Under the pieces are notes generated by a model that did not search any database, was not told the origin of the DNA, and was given only the letters and a program-made list of their open reading frames with translations. This document shows, in pieces, positions 1 through 14,040 of a DNA stretch of 64,000 nt. This DNA comes from Octopus sinensis (taxonomy: Eukaryota). Within the stretch, counting starts at the first letter, position 1, and the number at the start of each line of letters is the position of its first letter. A program made the position numbers and the translations under genes. The stretch is taken from NCBI RefSeq assembly GCF_006345805.1, contig NC_042998.1, forward strand, positions 138,260,001-138,324,000. Direction: 5' to 3'.

Positions 1-504
1 GGCTATGTATACTAAAAGCACACCCAACTGAAACAAAATTGGTTTGTCTAATTTGTATTACAGTGTATGTGTATCTCTCCGTGAATTATTGTAGTGCTGA
101 AAGTTCAATACAGCGTAGCTGAGATTTTAATAAAGGTTCAAATTAATCGGAATAATGTGTTTTACTGGTTACAGATAGAAAAAAGACTTTTTGCTTAACC
201 TTAGCGTGTAGAAATTTATCTATGTACTTGAAACTATATTAAATTAAAATACTGGTGTATATAACATTGATAATGTATATACGAACATGAAAAGGCACTA
301 GCTGTAATATTTTGTCTCAGAGGAACTTCTCAAAGAGAAATGTGTTAAAAAAAAAACATGATTTCCCTTGGAGTACCGGAGTGTTACCAGAAACGGTGTT
401 CTAGTCCTATTTACGACGAATGTCACGGACATTCTGTTCACAGCTAAAATAAATGTGTGTCTACTAAAATAAAAAAAAAGGTTGAGTGTAAACATATATA
501 TATC

Positions 505-1111
<607 letters not shown>

Positions 1112-1124
1112 TATATATATATAA

Positions 1125-1165
<41 letters not shown>

Positions 1166-1333
1166 TATTTATTTAATATGTTACAATTATTCAATAGTCA
1201 AGATAAAACTCTGAGTTTTCGGATGCCGAAGTGGAAATCCACAACACCATCTCTTCGGTTATCTGGCCATCTCTATTTCCTCTATTTACATAATATTGAA
1301 CTCTTTCTTTCTTTTGTTATCTTACCGTTTTTA

Positions 1334-1391
<58 letters not shown>

Positions 1392-1392
<1 letters not shown>

Positions 1393-1786
1393 CTCTCTTT
1401 TACTCTCTTTTACTTGTTTCAGTCATTTGACTGCGGCCATGCTGGAGCACCGCCTTTAATCGAGCAACTCGACCCCGGGACTTATTCTTTTGTAAGCCCA
1501 GTACTTATTTAATCGGTCTCTTTTGCTGAACCGCTAAGTGACGGGGACATAAACACACCAGCATCGGTTGTCAAGCAATGCTAGGGGGACAAACACACAC
1601 ACACGCATATATATATATATATATACATATATAAACGACGGGCTTCTTTCAGTTTCCGTCTACCAAATCCACTCACAAGGCTTTGGTCGGCCCGAGGCTA
1701 TAGTAGAAGACACTTGCCCAAGGTGCCACGCAGTGGGACTGAACCCGGAACCATGTGGTTGGTAAACAAGCTACTTTCCACACAGC

Positions 1787-1789
<3 letters not shown>
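1392..1789 (-). mobile_element. Family A SINE copy
   Basis: Near-identical to 505-983 over both halves. Confidence 0.9.
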
Positions 1790-1820
<31 letters not shown>

Positions 1821-1903
1821 CGCGCAGACATATACATACATACAAATGTACAAGAGTGTTATGCAATGTATAGCATGCATATAAAAGCAGACATGTAAAA
1901 TAA

Positions 1904-2754
1904 TCTTTATATATATAAAACTGAGAATGTGTATCTGTCTGTCTGTGTGTTTCTCTAAAACTTGAGAACTACACAACCAATTTCATTCAAATTTTACATA
2001 TGCCTTACTTAGGGTCCGGGGAGTGTCATCGGCAAAAAATTTAACTTTTTGCCTAGGGTGAGCCCACAGCAATATCATATCTTCTCCACTACGATTCCCT
2101 AAAACTTGAGAACTACACAACCAATTCCATTCAAATTTTACACATGCCTTACTTAAGGTCCATGTAGTTTCAGGGTAAAAAAATGTTCAACTTCTTGCCT
2201 AGAGCGAGCCCATAGCAATATCATATCTTCTCCATTATTTCAGTATTACGTGTTAAAAGTGAAACAAAAATATTTCTCTATTTTATGTCAGATGCTTTCA
2301 CTTTAACAATAAAAATAATAATAACAATTGAATTATATGTAGTAAGTAATAATTAAAATCAAACTAAAGTATAATATAAGTAAAAATAGCAATTGGTATA
2401 AAATTGCATCAATGATTTGAACTTGAATAAGTGGTTTCACATGAATGGGAATTAAATTAAAAATAAAATTAGCGTGCAGAAATGAAATAGTCCAGATGGA
2501 TAATAAAAAATTAAATTGAAGAAAAGACTATTGTCTATAAAGTATACAATGTAGAGAAAAAAGAAGACCTAACAATTCCAGTCTGTTATATATTTTGAGT
2601 ATTGTTATCACTAGCGATATCAAGGTATAACTTTGTATTTTGCATTTTATGCGTAGATGCATATATATAGATGTACATGTAATATGTACACATATATATA
2701 CATATATAAATGCACTAGCACTATGACCCGGCAACGACGGGTCTTTAATGCTAG
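1904..2754 (+). mobile_element. Non-autonomous Helitron
   Basis: Starts A|TC (TCTTTATATATATAAAACTGAGAATG followed by TCTG repeats). Ends with the GACCCG-GCAACGA-CGGGTC hairpin (2725-2743), then CTAG|T. Contains a ~144-bp tandem duplication (1955-2098 / 2099-2245). Confidence 0.8.
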
Positions 2755-2907
2755 TCTCTTATACACTAAAATAAGAATTATTATTACATTATGAATGTTG
2801 CGAAACAAGTGGTGAAATAAAATACGATGTGGGTTCGTGTCACACAGGCAGTCTTCGAATATTTTCATGCTATTACTTATAACTTTATGTGCTTTGATAT
2901 GCACTGT

Positions 2908-2973
<66 letters not shown>

Positions 2974-2974
2974 G

Positions 2975-3150
2975 TTTTCAAATTCACAATGAAACAAAAG
3001 ACGAAGACAGGAGTAGGAACAATAAGCAGGTGTATTAGTTTGACATTCGGGAAAAATGGAAAAGTCTCTTACGTTTCGCTCCTACGCTCTTCGACAGAAA
3101 AGAATAAAGAGGAGAAAAAATGGAGAGAGAATGAAAAAGAGAGAAAATGG
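2975..3150 (-). mobile_element. Penelope-like terminal fragment with decayed minimal hammerhead
   Basis: Minus strand CTGTCGA-A-GAGC-gtaggagc-GAAACGTA at 3061-3100. Flanks resemble those at 6520-6650 and 53135-53330, and the fragment abuts (TA)n. Confidence 0.5.
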
Positions 3151-4296
3151 CAAAGTTATTAACGTACGGAGTTGGAAAGTTCAGACAGTTCAAAAGTCCT
3201 GGTAGAACAGACCATTTAATCGCTGAGCACCTTTTTTCTATATCTTTTATAATAGCAATTTTGGTGTCTGACGAAGCGTCTTGCTTGGGTATTTAACTAT
3301 GAGTAAGTTTATGCAGGTTTTGTGTAAGTTATCATACATAATCATTTATATGTAATGTGGCTGGTTCAAAGCGGACTGGTAGAGAAATAATTGTAACCAG
3401 TATTACACTTATGCTATATTGGTATCATCTTTTTCCTTGAATGTGTACATACAGAACTCACATGCGATACATTATATACCATCTCCATATTATATATACT
3501 TAATCTTGAGCGACCCCTCGGTGTTACTGTTCTAGTTAATAATTTCTGTCAACCTTCTATCATTATATAAATAGCGATATATATACTTATTATTGTGCGG
3601 CAACAATGGAAGCAAAAACAACGTCTGCGATATCTGCAAAACTTTCATAATGTTTACTTCAGTCAAACTGTATTACAGCTAATAGCGATATGCAAGTACA
3701 AAGCTTGGGAAAAAAGTCATCACGCCATAATATCTTTCTTGAATCATTTATAAAATGTTGGAAATCTCTTGCTAAGAGATATTTAAAAAGAAAAATATGT
3801 AGATGTTCGATAAATCTAGTTTCGTAGTTTGAAAGAAATATGAGACAAAGCTATTTCGATAAAATTCCATTCTATCACAGTTAACATTGACAAATCGTTG
3901 TTCAATAGGCACAGTTGAGGCTATGTGGTTAAGAAGCTTGCTTCCAAACCATGTGGGTTTGGCTAGTGTCTTCTGAGAAGCCTTGTGAGAAGATTTGCAT
4001 GATGGAAACTGAAAGAATCTCGTCCTACGCTTCATGACAAGTTCACTGTATCCTTTTTATCGATTTTACAATATGATATAACACAAGCAATCATTTATTT
4101 ATTTATTTACTTTTGCTTTTGGTCAGTAAGTGCTATTTTCTGTTTGCATCTATCTAGAAATCAAAGGAAATGACTACTATTCCCTTCAAACTTTACTTTT
4201 GTGACCTGAATATCAATGTTTTAAAACTGACATTCTTTACATTACATTTCAGAAAGATACAGCACTGATTTGCTGAAGCAGAAATATCATTATAGT

Positions 4297-4460
4297 AAAT
4301 ATTCTGCTCAATACCAGAGATTTACTTGCTAGTTGCTTGACCTTAACCAGTTGTGTATTTCCCTTAGTAGCTGACAATATGTGCCACTCTGATCATAAGC
4401 AGAGGTAGTGGGGGAGCATCATAGCCATGTGCTGAGAGGGATTCTTTGAGGTTTGAATAA
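4297..4460 (+). repeat. Internal fragment of repeat family F
   Basis: Diverged reverse-complement match to about 21525-21695. Confidence 0.8.
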
Positions 4461-4581
4461 ATGTAGTAAAAGCAAAGTTTCAAGGAAACATTAACCATTT
4501 TTCATACTTTCTATGGGTAAGCAAATAGGAACTAACAGTTTTTACTCAAGGACAAAAATCTTATTACATAGTATTATTGTA

Positions 4582-4652
<71 letters not shown>

Positions 4653-6149
4653 TGTGTGTGCGCGCGCACGCATGTATCTGTGAGTCTGTGCTTGTCTCTC
4701 ACCACCGCTTTACAACAGGTATTGGTTTGTTTACGATACCATAATTTAGCAGTTTGATAAAAGACTGATAGAATATGAACCAGGTTTTAAACAAAATAAG
4801 TAGAAAGGTCAATATTTTTCTACTAAACCCTTTAAGGTGAAGTGAGGTAATACTGCATAAAGTGCTCTCTCTGCAGTGGATTTGATCCCTTGATCACTGA
4901 GTCAGTAGTCGCATTATTCCATTACCTTGCCCACTCAGAAATTTCGTTTTTACGACATGTTATTTCCAGGGTTATTAAAATCTTTTAGTACCCACCAAGT
5001 CGAGACATGCGGCAAACAAAAGTTGCCACACCTAGAGACATATATCCAATATGAAAGACTCTAAGTGATGAAACATTACTGGAGTGTGGTCGCTGTAATT
5101 ATAATACCGGTCGCCCTGATTAAGAAAGCTAATCAGAAACGAACCAGAGGTGATATACGACTCAGCTTAATCTTTTTATTGCTTGGTTGTTGTCCAGGAA
5201 ATATAACTGAGACGATCTACATACATCATGATGTTGATTAGTCTCTAATGCTTATGTTGTTGTTGTTGTGTTGTTGACATTATCGTTGTTATTCCTGTCG
5301 TTGATATTGTTTGGTTCCAGCTTCTCATTTTCTTTTCTTTCTTCCGATATAGAGTGTTTATTTCTTTTTTCTTGAACCCAAGGACTCTTAAGGCCACTTA
5401 CCCAGTTTCGATGACATATAACACGACATACTCCTGAAGAGAACGCCGAGCCGTTGTAGGATCCAAGGCACGAAATTTTTTAGGGGAATGAACAAGTTAA
5501 TTACATCAAACCCACTACTGGACTAGTACTTTTATTTTATCGATTCCAAGGGGAAGAAAGACAAAGCTGACCTCGGCTGTATTTGGACTCAGACGGTAAA
5601 GATTTGATGGATGGAACTGTGTGGAAGTCCGTTGTATACATATATGAATGTGTGTGCGCGTCTTTTTGTTTGTTCCTACACTGCACAATATCTGGTGTTG
5701 GTTTGTTTACGTTCCCGTAACGTAGTAGTTCGCCAAAAGCCCCATAGAATAACTACGAGTCTTTAAAAAATGTAAGTACCTAAGCCGAATTCTTCTAGAA
5801 ATCCTGCAAAGCGAGTACCCCAGTATGGTCGCAGTCCAATGACAGAAACATGCAACGAATAAATGAATATATATATCGTGCGCCTGCACAAGCGCCCGTG
5901 TGTGATAGGTATATGAAAGCAGAGTTTTAGATCAGTTCAAATATATCTGGAATATATTCAGCCCCCAAAAAAGCCATTTTCACTGCGATTTGCCGAAGAG
6001 TAAATTTCTAGCTTTAGGCAACAAGTGTTAAAACACCAACACTCATCTTGAGGTACCATGTGTGACCAGATGAATGCCTTTTATATAACTTAATAACTTA
6101 GCTATCACAGCGCTGGCCACACACACAAACGCACAAAACAAATATATAT

Positions 6150-6647
6150 ATCCTTCCCCTCCCTCCCTTCCTCCTTCCTTCATTTTCTTACTACTGACCA
6201 CTGTCTGCTATGCCTACTACTGTCTCGCCCTACCTCACACGCCTACACACAGACGCACACACTAACACATACATATATTTTTTGTTTTTTTTATCTCGCC
6301 TCACACACACATACACACACGCACACGCACACACTCACACATACACACACATCTGTTGCGTTACCAACCCTGTCTCCACTCTTTTGGCTTTAAAAACCTA
6401 CTTTGCTCTTGTTATCGTAAACTTCCGCCTTTCACCATGTGTACTTCGTAAACACCAGTCGTTTTTTTCTCCATCTCCTGTTGCCCGCTTTGGGATCTTT
6501 CTTTCCTCTCTCTTCCTTCTTTATGTTTCCGACGAAGAGCTCCGCTCGAAACGTCATACCTTCCTGCTTCCATATTTCCTGAGCGCCTATTAATAATAAT
6601 ACTGTAATTGTTCCACTGTTGTTGTTTTTTTGTTTTCCCGTTGGATT

Positions 6648-6650
<3 letters not shown>
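6150..6650 (+). mobile_element. Penelope-like pyrimidine-rich element end with minimal hammerhead
   Basis: gttt-CCGACGA-A-GAGC-tcc-GCTC-GAAACGTC-atac at 6525-6559, followed by a T-rich tail and (TA)n. Confidence 0.55.
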
Positions 6651-6688
<38 letters not shown>

Positions 6689-6732
6689 TACATATATATA
6701 TATTTACCTATATACATATATATATATATACC

Positions 6733-6784
<52 letters not shown>

Positions 6785-6785
6785 C

Positions 6786-6859
<74 letters not shown>

Positions 6860-8261
6860 TATACATATATATTCAAGTTTAACCGGTAATTTTTTTTTCA
6901 ATCTTCCAAGGTCAAAATACCTCTACTTATCATTTTATTTATTATTATTTTTCATTTTTTGGTTATGAATTAAATTTTTACCCCTCGATATTTTACCAAT
7001 TCCTTTAAAACGATAAGGAGCAGTTTGTTGGAAATTTAGTTGCTAACTCTACTCGTTGTATATCCAACCAAATAAATAACATTAATAATTTCTTTGGACC
7101 TAATTGCTATGCTTGCTTATGTTCGCCAATAAGGGCCAAAAAATAGCGACAGTCGATTTCCAATCGTGTTCATCTCGTCTGCCGCTCACGGGGCCATCAT
7201 CAGCTCCCACAAGCATACAAACGAGACAAACGAAGAAGATTCTACGTGATGTCTTGACCTGCTACAAACAAAGTAGCCATATCTTTTTTCAAATGACATC
7301 ATGCCCTCTTAAGTAACAAAAGATATGTTGGATAACACAGTTCGTAGTAGATTATACCTTTAAAAAATCACGGGATGGTCACAGCTGGAATGCCTTTGAT
7401 CACAGACTTAGGAGTCTAAGCAATAATTATACTAAAGTAATCTGGAAAATAGGTGGGGGTATAGGAAGTGACATTCACAGATTGCCACACGGCAGCCCTT
7501 AAATTAAACCCCTTCTTGCAGAAGTGAACAACATGGTTCTGTAGTTGGCAGGGACATAATAAATCTAACGAAATTGTTCTGCGAAACGTACTCTACCCAT
7601 TAGCTCGACTACAATAAATGTCATAGATCTATTTGTTAAGGTCTGACCTGGGGCTAAGAAATCACAATAGATGCAACAGTATTGAACCCATCGAGTTCAC
7701 GACTCCGATTTTTATAGTTAATTGAATTCTGTGGCCACCATTTTGTTATAAATGACCTCGGAGAAAACATAAACGTCGCCAATATTCTCTCCCTATTATC
7801 TATAAATCTGAGAGGTATTTGCCTATAGAAAGAAATCGATAATAAAATAAAATAATATAAAAATTACAAAAGCAGATGAGAATCGATCTAAATGATAGAT
7901 CCATAACTTTATATTCGTGTTGCCATGCAACAAGTGTTAGGTAAATATAAGTAGGCTGTCACTAGGTTGTCAACCAGACAAGTTCCGTGATGTCTTGCTC
8001 AACCAATAGATATAAAGTCAATAATTTGGTCGGAAATGATTGAACATTATAACCTTGTGATTGATTCAATATAACACAAACGCACATATACATATAAAAA
8101 GCTTTATATTTCCGTATTGTAGATTCATAGAACCTTTTTCTATTTCTTATTTTTATTTTGTTATGCTGGACACACGTCTATAAATATAGTCATATATTTC
8201 AGAAAAATCTATCTATCTATTTTTTCTCTTTTCTCTCAATTGTACACGTGTAATACATACA

Positions 8262-8297
<36 letters not shown>

Positions 8298-8712
8298 TAT
8301 ATATACATGCGTGTATGTGTGAATGTATGAGCATGATGTCTATATACATATATAAATATATGTGTGTGTGGAGTGAGGGAAAGAGAGAGAAAGAAAGAAA
8401 GAGAAAGAGTGAGTGAAAGAGAGAGATATATAATGCGCATATATGCAAGTTTTTGGTAATGGTGGTTGAATGAATGGAATGTAACTCGACTCTACGTACG
8501 TGACTTCAACCATTATTCTTAGGAACCCGATGTATTTTAAAATGCGTTTCTTGCAGCCTTTGAATATATGAACTGATCACAATTCGATGAATATGGTTCA
8601 TTTCCTATTCTGTAACATAAGACCATTCAAAGAATATTGTCTCATCTATCGCGTTTTACTTTCCGTTTCGAGGTTTTAGATCTGAAACCAGATGAATTGT
8701 AAGGATGTTGGG

Positions 8713-9120
8713 CTACCAGCTAGGTACGGTGCGATAGTTCGTGTTCGTGACAGCCTACATCAGTGGCCATTTAAATGTAGCTAGCTGTTAATAGGGTACC
8801 CCTCGTGTTCTATTATACGTAGCAAAAGCAGTGTATCCATTAATAAACTACCAGCTAGGTAAAGGCTGATGGCTTGTGATTATAACAATTAACATCATTA
8901 GCTCTTATATATATATAATTAGTTGCTAATAAGATACTCCTAATGTTTTACATCTCACCATTGTACGTAGCAGGAGTAGTATTTCTATAAATGGACTATC
9001 AACTAGGTACGAAGCTGTGGTTTGTGATCATGACGGTTAACATTGGTGGCCCTTATATATAGCCAGCTGCTAATAAGGTGCAGCAATGTTGAATAGCTTA
9101 CTATTGTGCGTAGTGTGAGT
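8713..9120. repeat. Three diverged tandem units of about 135-148 bp
   Basis: CTA(C/T)CA(G/A)CTAGGTA recurs at 8713, 8848 and 8996, each followed by collinear motifs such as TAGCTGYTAATA and TAYGTAGC. Confidence 0.8.
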
Positions 9121-9547
9121 CTTTTTTTTTTTATTATCTATTATGGGTTTTGTTAAGTATTGAGACTTAGTTCAAACATCTCGAGAATATTTTATTTTGG
9201 ATGAAATAGATTCCAATTGGTCGAATTTATGTGGATATACTTTGTTCTCAAGACTCAATCGTTCCCAATAAAATATTGCGTAAAAATTTAGTTAAAAACA
9301 AAGAATGATTAATGTGTAGGACCTCTTGTCACTATTCTATAGCTAAATTGTGTTTTCTTTTTATCTGTTAGTCGGGATGGGTCGTGCCCATGAACTTTAC
9401 AGTGACATCAAGCGTGGTGGAAGGGAAGGCTTGAGATATCTTCAAGTCGTAGACCTGGGCTGAATGTTTGCGACATGAGTGGACACAGCTAACGGCACCC
9501 AAAGTACCAAGTGATATCATTAAACATTAAACCGAGCAAGGATTATA

Positions 9548-9707
9548 CGACGGGCTTCTTTCAGTTTCCGTCTACCAAATCCACTCACATGAAATTGGTC
9601 ATCCCCAGGCTATAGGCACCTTTCCCAAGGTGCCACACAATAGGACTGAACCCGGAACCATTTGGTTGGGAAACAAGCTGCTAACCACACAGACCACGCC
9701 TGCGCCT
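9548..9707 (-). mobile_element. Family A SINE 5' half
   Basis: Matches 820-983. Confidence 0.85.
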
Positions 9708-10307
9708 ATTTATTATTTTATCGACCCCAAAAGGATAAAAGAAAAAAAGCAGGTGTCGGCTCGATTCAAACTCGGTGCATAGAGAACTGTATCAAATATC
9801 ACGAGGTATTCTACCCGACGCCCCAATGACTATTCTGATTCGCTAACTTGTTGCCACTAAGATTCTTTCGCAGTTGATCATTATTGACTTTTATTAGTTA
9901 GGTGCGTTAAGATGTCTCTCAAAAGATCAGTGTAGACTGTCGTCCACACTAAGCAATAAACTTTGTAATATTTTTGCTGAAGAAAGATGGGTGAGTCATC
10001 TCCACTTAAAACACTTAAAAATATTTTAGTTGAATCTTGTCGAGTGATATCCAAATGGGCTGAAACATAATTGTGAAATATTACCGCAGCAGACTGACCT
10101 TTCCGTGGATCAGAAGTTTGGTCTCTCTCTTCGTGATCTATACTTATGTATTTTCATACATACATACATACATACATACATACATACATACATACATACA
10201 TACATACATACATACGTATGTATTTAAATATGTATATATTTGCTACCCTGGTAACTATTTATCTAATTTTTTCCGTGTTAATTGTTAACAAGGCGAAAAT
10301 ACACACA

Positions 10308-10419
<112 letters not shown>

Positions 10420-10494
10420 CATACACACATATGTATATATTTTAATGCATATGTATGTATACGCGCGCGCACACACATACATAAATATATACTC

Positions 10495-10562
<68 letters not shown>

Positions 10563-11464
10563 GCCCACATATTTAGGTCATTGTCTACAGAAGATTGAAC
10601 TTAACACTGCATATCACCAGAACAATAATCGATTATAAGTGTGTTCGTCACCAAATTATAGGTATACCAAATACCAACATATCACGTGTTCTCCTGGTCT
10701 ACATCGATATGCAAAATAGCTTGGTTTCGCACCAACGTTTGTCTTTTAACTGGGAATGTTGAAACTGCCACAGATATAGCAAAAGGAATCGGAGCTGTTT
10801 AGGTGCTTACGATAAGAAGTAGCAGGAGGAAACATGATTTCAAAGAAAGGAAATAAGTACCGGAATAAAAATTAAGTTGAACCGTCACAAGCTTAGACAA
10901 AACAAAACAAAAAAATGCTTATATAAGGTCTACTAACCCCTTGCATACAAACTTTCATGTATACTTTTCAATAATACAATAGCAATCAACTATATAGAGT
11001 AGCCACAGAGACTTGTAAGCACTATCCCATATAAATTTGCGTATTCTACATAAACGAGTATGGAGATATACATCCGTAAATAATTATACATTCATCTGCA
11101 TTCATACAAATACACGATACGTACATATACATTCACACAAATACTTCATAAGAAAAAAAGAACAGGGTAGAAACTTAGGCCTCACACCCCAGGACAGAAT
11201 ACCGCTACAATTCAAATTAACAATTCATTCACTTCAAAACCTTGCCATCTCTCCTCCACAGCACAAATCTATTCCCAGGCTTCATAAATTTGAATCTTCT
11301 GCCCAACAGTGCTTGTCACTCCCCTATCTTGGCCATATTCATATAATTTCATGCATCTTAAACCCAAGTCTCCCTCCAGCCTCCATCATTAAAAATTATC
11401 TTAACTCTTAAGAATTGAAGAATAGCTGAGGTTTCTGATTAGTCTAATAATTGTGATTTATTTT

Positions 11465-11757
11465 TGTGGGGAAGATTTGATGCTGACTATAGACTGCCAT
11501 CATTTAAAAACTCAACCTAAATCTCCAGATCTGAAAAATTCTCACTCCCTATCAATAAAATAATAAAAGCAATCAACTGACCAGTCCTATTACTTACGGA
11601 CAAACAATACATTTGTCCTTATTCGGAGATTAAGCAGTGAAAAATATCTGATGTGAGAGTAGAAAACTGTAGTTTTGAAATCAGCATGCCAATTTTAGTC
11701 TAATTGAAGTGAAAAATTGAACTCAACGGAAATTATGCTGAAAATTGTTCCCTAGTG
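11465..11757 (+). mobile_element. Possible 3' end of a Chapaev3-like DNA transposon
   Basis: Subterminal TTTGAAATCAGCATGCCAATTTTAGT and terminus TTGTTCCCTAGTG followed by TTA. Resemblance is from recall only. Confidence 0.35.
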
Positions 11758-12506
11758 TTATTGATTTCTTATATTTTCATAAGGGTCCAAATCTGTAGCA
11801 AGAGGATTGATATGTATCTGTCATACCCTGGTATCAGTTCAAGTAGAGGAACTGAACTGAGCGCTGAAGGTTTGTTATTTATTAATGTTACAGTAGTGCT
11901 ACTGTTTATAACTCTCAAATCTGCATTGCGCGGTGTTATTTTGAGGTTGAGTGTATTGGCCATTGAAAAGTTAAGTGTCACGATTGACCGCTGATACAAT
12001 GCAGTGTAGGATACAAAACACCAACTTCCTGGCTGACTGTCGATATCCTATCGATTCGGCTACTAGCACATTTGCAAAATCGATATATATCGATATATAT
12101 TAAATGATAGGCTACAATATAACAATCGTATTCAAATATTCTATGAAGCCAAACCTCGGTTGAAGGAAAGCCAGAGAGAAGCAAATAAATGCTAAATGCC
12201 ACGATTGCGGAATAAACAAATAAAAATTGATGACGTTGTTTTATGTTAATTGTTTCTTGAAACACACCGCATATGATAGCTTATATATTTGTATGCCTTA
12301 GTTTTTCTTGGATGACCGTTTTGAGATAAAAACCTAAATTTAATAAGAGCACGTGATGAAGAACTGGACTGTAGCAGTTTTGTGTCTCCTTCGATCTTCC
12401 TCTCGTAAACACAAATTTCTGTATGGATTCCCTGCATATAGTCATTTATATAATCCAGTGTTTCTATGATAAACATAAACTGATAATAATTGTGTATTAA
12501 ACCATA

Positions 12507-13772
12507 CGAGGGTTGGCAGAAAAATCCATAGGTTGACCAAGATACTCTCATTGAATGTGGCCAAGTGAAATTTATTGTTAAAATAGTCCCCCTTGTGGTT
12601 CACACACTTTTTCCATCCATGTTGCAGTGCTTGGATCCCAAGCTGCTTCATCAATGGGATCGATTTAAAAGCTTTCATCCTGTTGGTCAAAAAACTATCA
12701 ACAGCAGATAGGACGTTATCATCATTGCGATACTAGTCCCCAGCCAAAACATTTTCGTATTGGGGAACAGATGATAGTCAGATGAGGCCAAACCAGGAGA
12801 ATAGGGAAGGGGATCAAACAGTTCAAAGCCAGTCACGCACACAACAGCCATTAAAAGGAAGGACTTGTGTGCTGGAGCACTGTCCTGGTGAAACAAGACC
12901 CACTTCGTCAGTTTTTCTGGGTGTTTGGTCTTGATAACCTTGCCTCAGCAAGGTAGCATAGTACACTCTATTGATGGTGTATCCCTTTTGAAGGTAGTCA
13001 ATAAACGCAATGAGTTTTGCATCTCCAAAACTTGAGGCCATCACCTTCCCTGTAGATGAAACGACCTTGGTCTTCTTTGGAACATGTGAGATTGGGTGCT
13101 TCTACTCCATACATTATCTCTTTTCTCCGGCTCGAATTAATGAACCCAACAGTTATCCTGGCTTAAGAAACCTCCAAAGAAACCGGTTGGATCTGCCTCA
13201 AACAATGTTAGATTTTGTCGTGATGTGATCAACCTGGTGCGCAGTTGATCAGGTGTCAGAAGACTTGGTATCCACTGAGCAGAAACCTTCGTCATGCCAA
13301 CTTCATTGTGCAGAATATTCTCAGCTCTGTTATGGAATATGCTAAAAGCATAGGCTATTTGGTTTATAGTCAATCGCCTGTCATCCATCAGCATTTAGTG
13401 AATGTGATCAATGTTTTTATCGGTGGTGGCAGTTTCAAGACGTCTAGACCTTAGGTCATCTTCAACATTCTAGCTTCCCCACCTAAATTCAGCTGCCCAC
13501 TTTTTCACTGTTGATAAAGCTGGAGCGTCATCCAATTATGTAGCAACCATTTTCTGCAGGTACTTAATAATACCACGATGGCAAGTTGCTTCCATTTTCA
13601 AAAGAAGTGGCTACAAGTTACTTTTGAAGTCTTCTTTGAACAATCAGATGTCAGTTTACCTGAAAAAATATGCAGTTGTTAATAAGAAGAGTTGAAATTA
13701 ATGCATACAATATTTCACAGTTCTAATATCGCTCCTTCATAGTCACCCTATGAACTTTTCAAACCACCCTCG
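12507..13772 (-). mobile_element. Full-length decayed mariner (Tc1/mariner, irritans-like) transposon
   Basis: Imperfect TIRs CGAGGGTTGGCAGAAAAATCCATAGG and CCTATGAACTTTTCAAACCACCCTCG, flanked by TA on both sides. Broken ORFs encode KVSAQWIPSLLT (WVPxxL), FHQDSAPAH and PYSPGLASSDYHLFP (YSPDLAPSD). Many frameshifts. Confidence 0.92.
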
Positions 13773-13849
13773 TACATCAATTGGCTTTAAAAAACAATGA
13801 AAATATAGTTTATGAGAAGGTTATGCAGTTTAAGTGGAATTAATTTTGT

Positions 13850-14040
13850 AATGTGGTTACTCAACCTGCTAGAAATGAAATGGTAATAGAGTTACTTTCA
13901 TACTACATCCTACCGTCTTAAAAAGAGAAAAGACGCTAGATAATGTAGAAAAATGTGTGAGTGACGAGATGATAATGGTTGAAAATTTATCTGATCATAG
14001 TTCTGCTCAACCAGGGTTGAAATGAGTCTAAGCCACAATT
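13850..14040 (+). repeat. SINE 3'-module (family G)
   Basis: TGTGGTTACTCAACCTGCTAGAAAT...TGATCATAG...CAGGGTTGA; related pieces at 7245-7425 and, reversed, at 25430-25610. Confidence 0.6.

Noticed and set aside
321-473. Possible plus-strand exon after tttgtctcag (ELLKEKCV...FPLEYRSVTRNGVLVLF)
   Set aside because: There is an in-frame TGA after the A run and no recognisable homology. A homopolymer error or pseudo-exon cannot be excluded.
11769-12265. Two overlapping minus-strand ORFs in non-repetitive sequence
   Set aside because: No recognisable domain, no convincing splice sites, and a frameshift is needed to join them.
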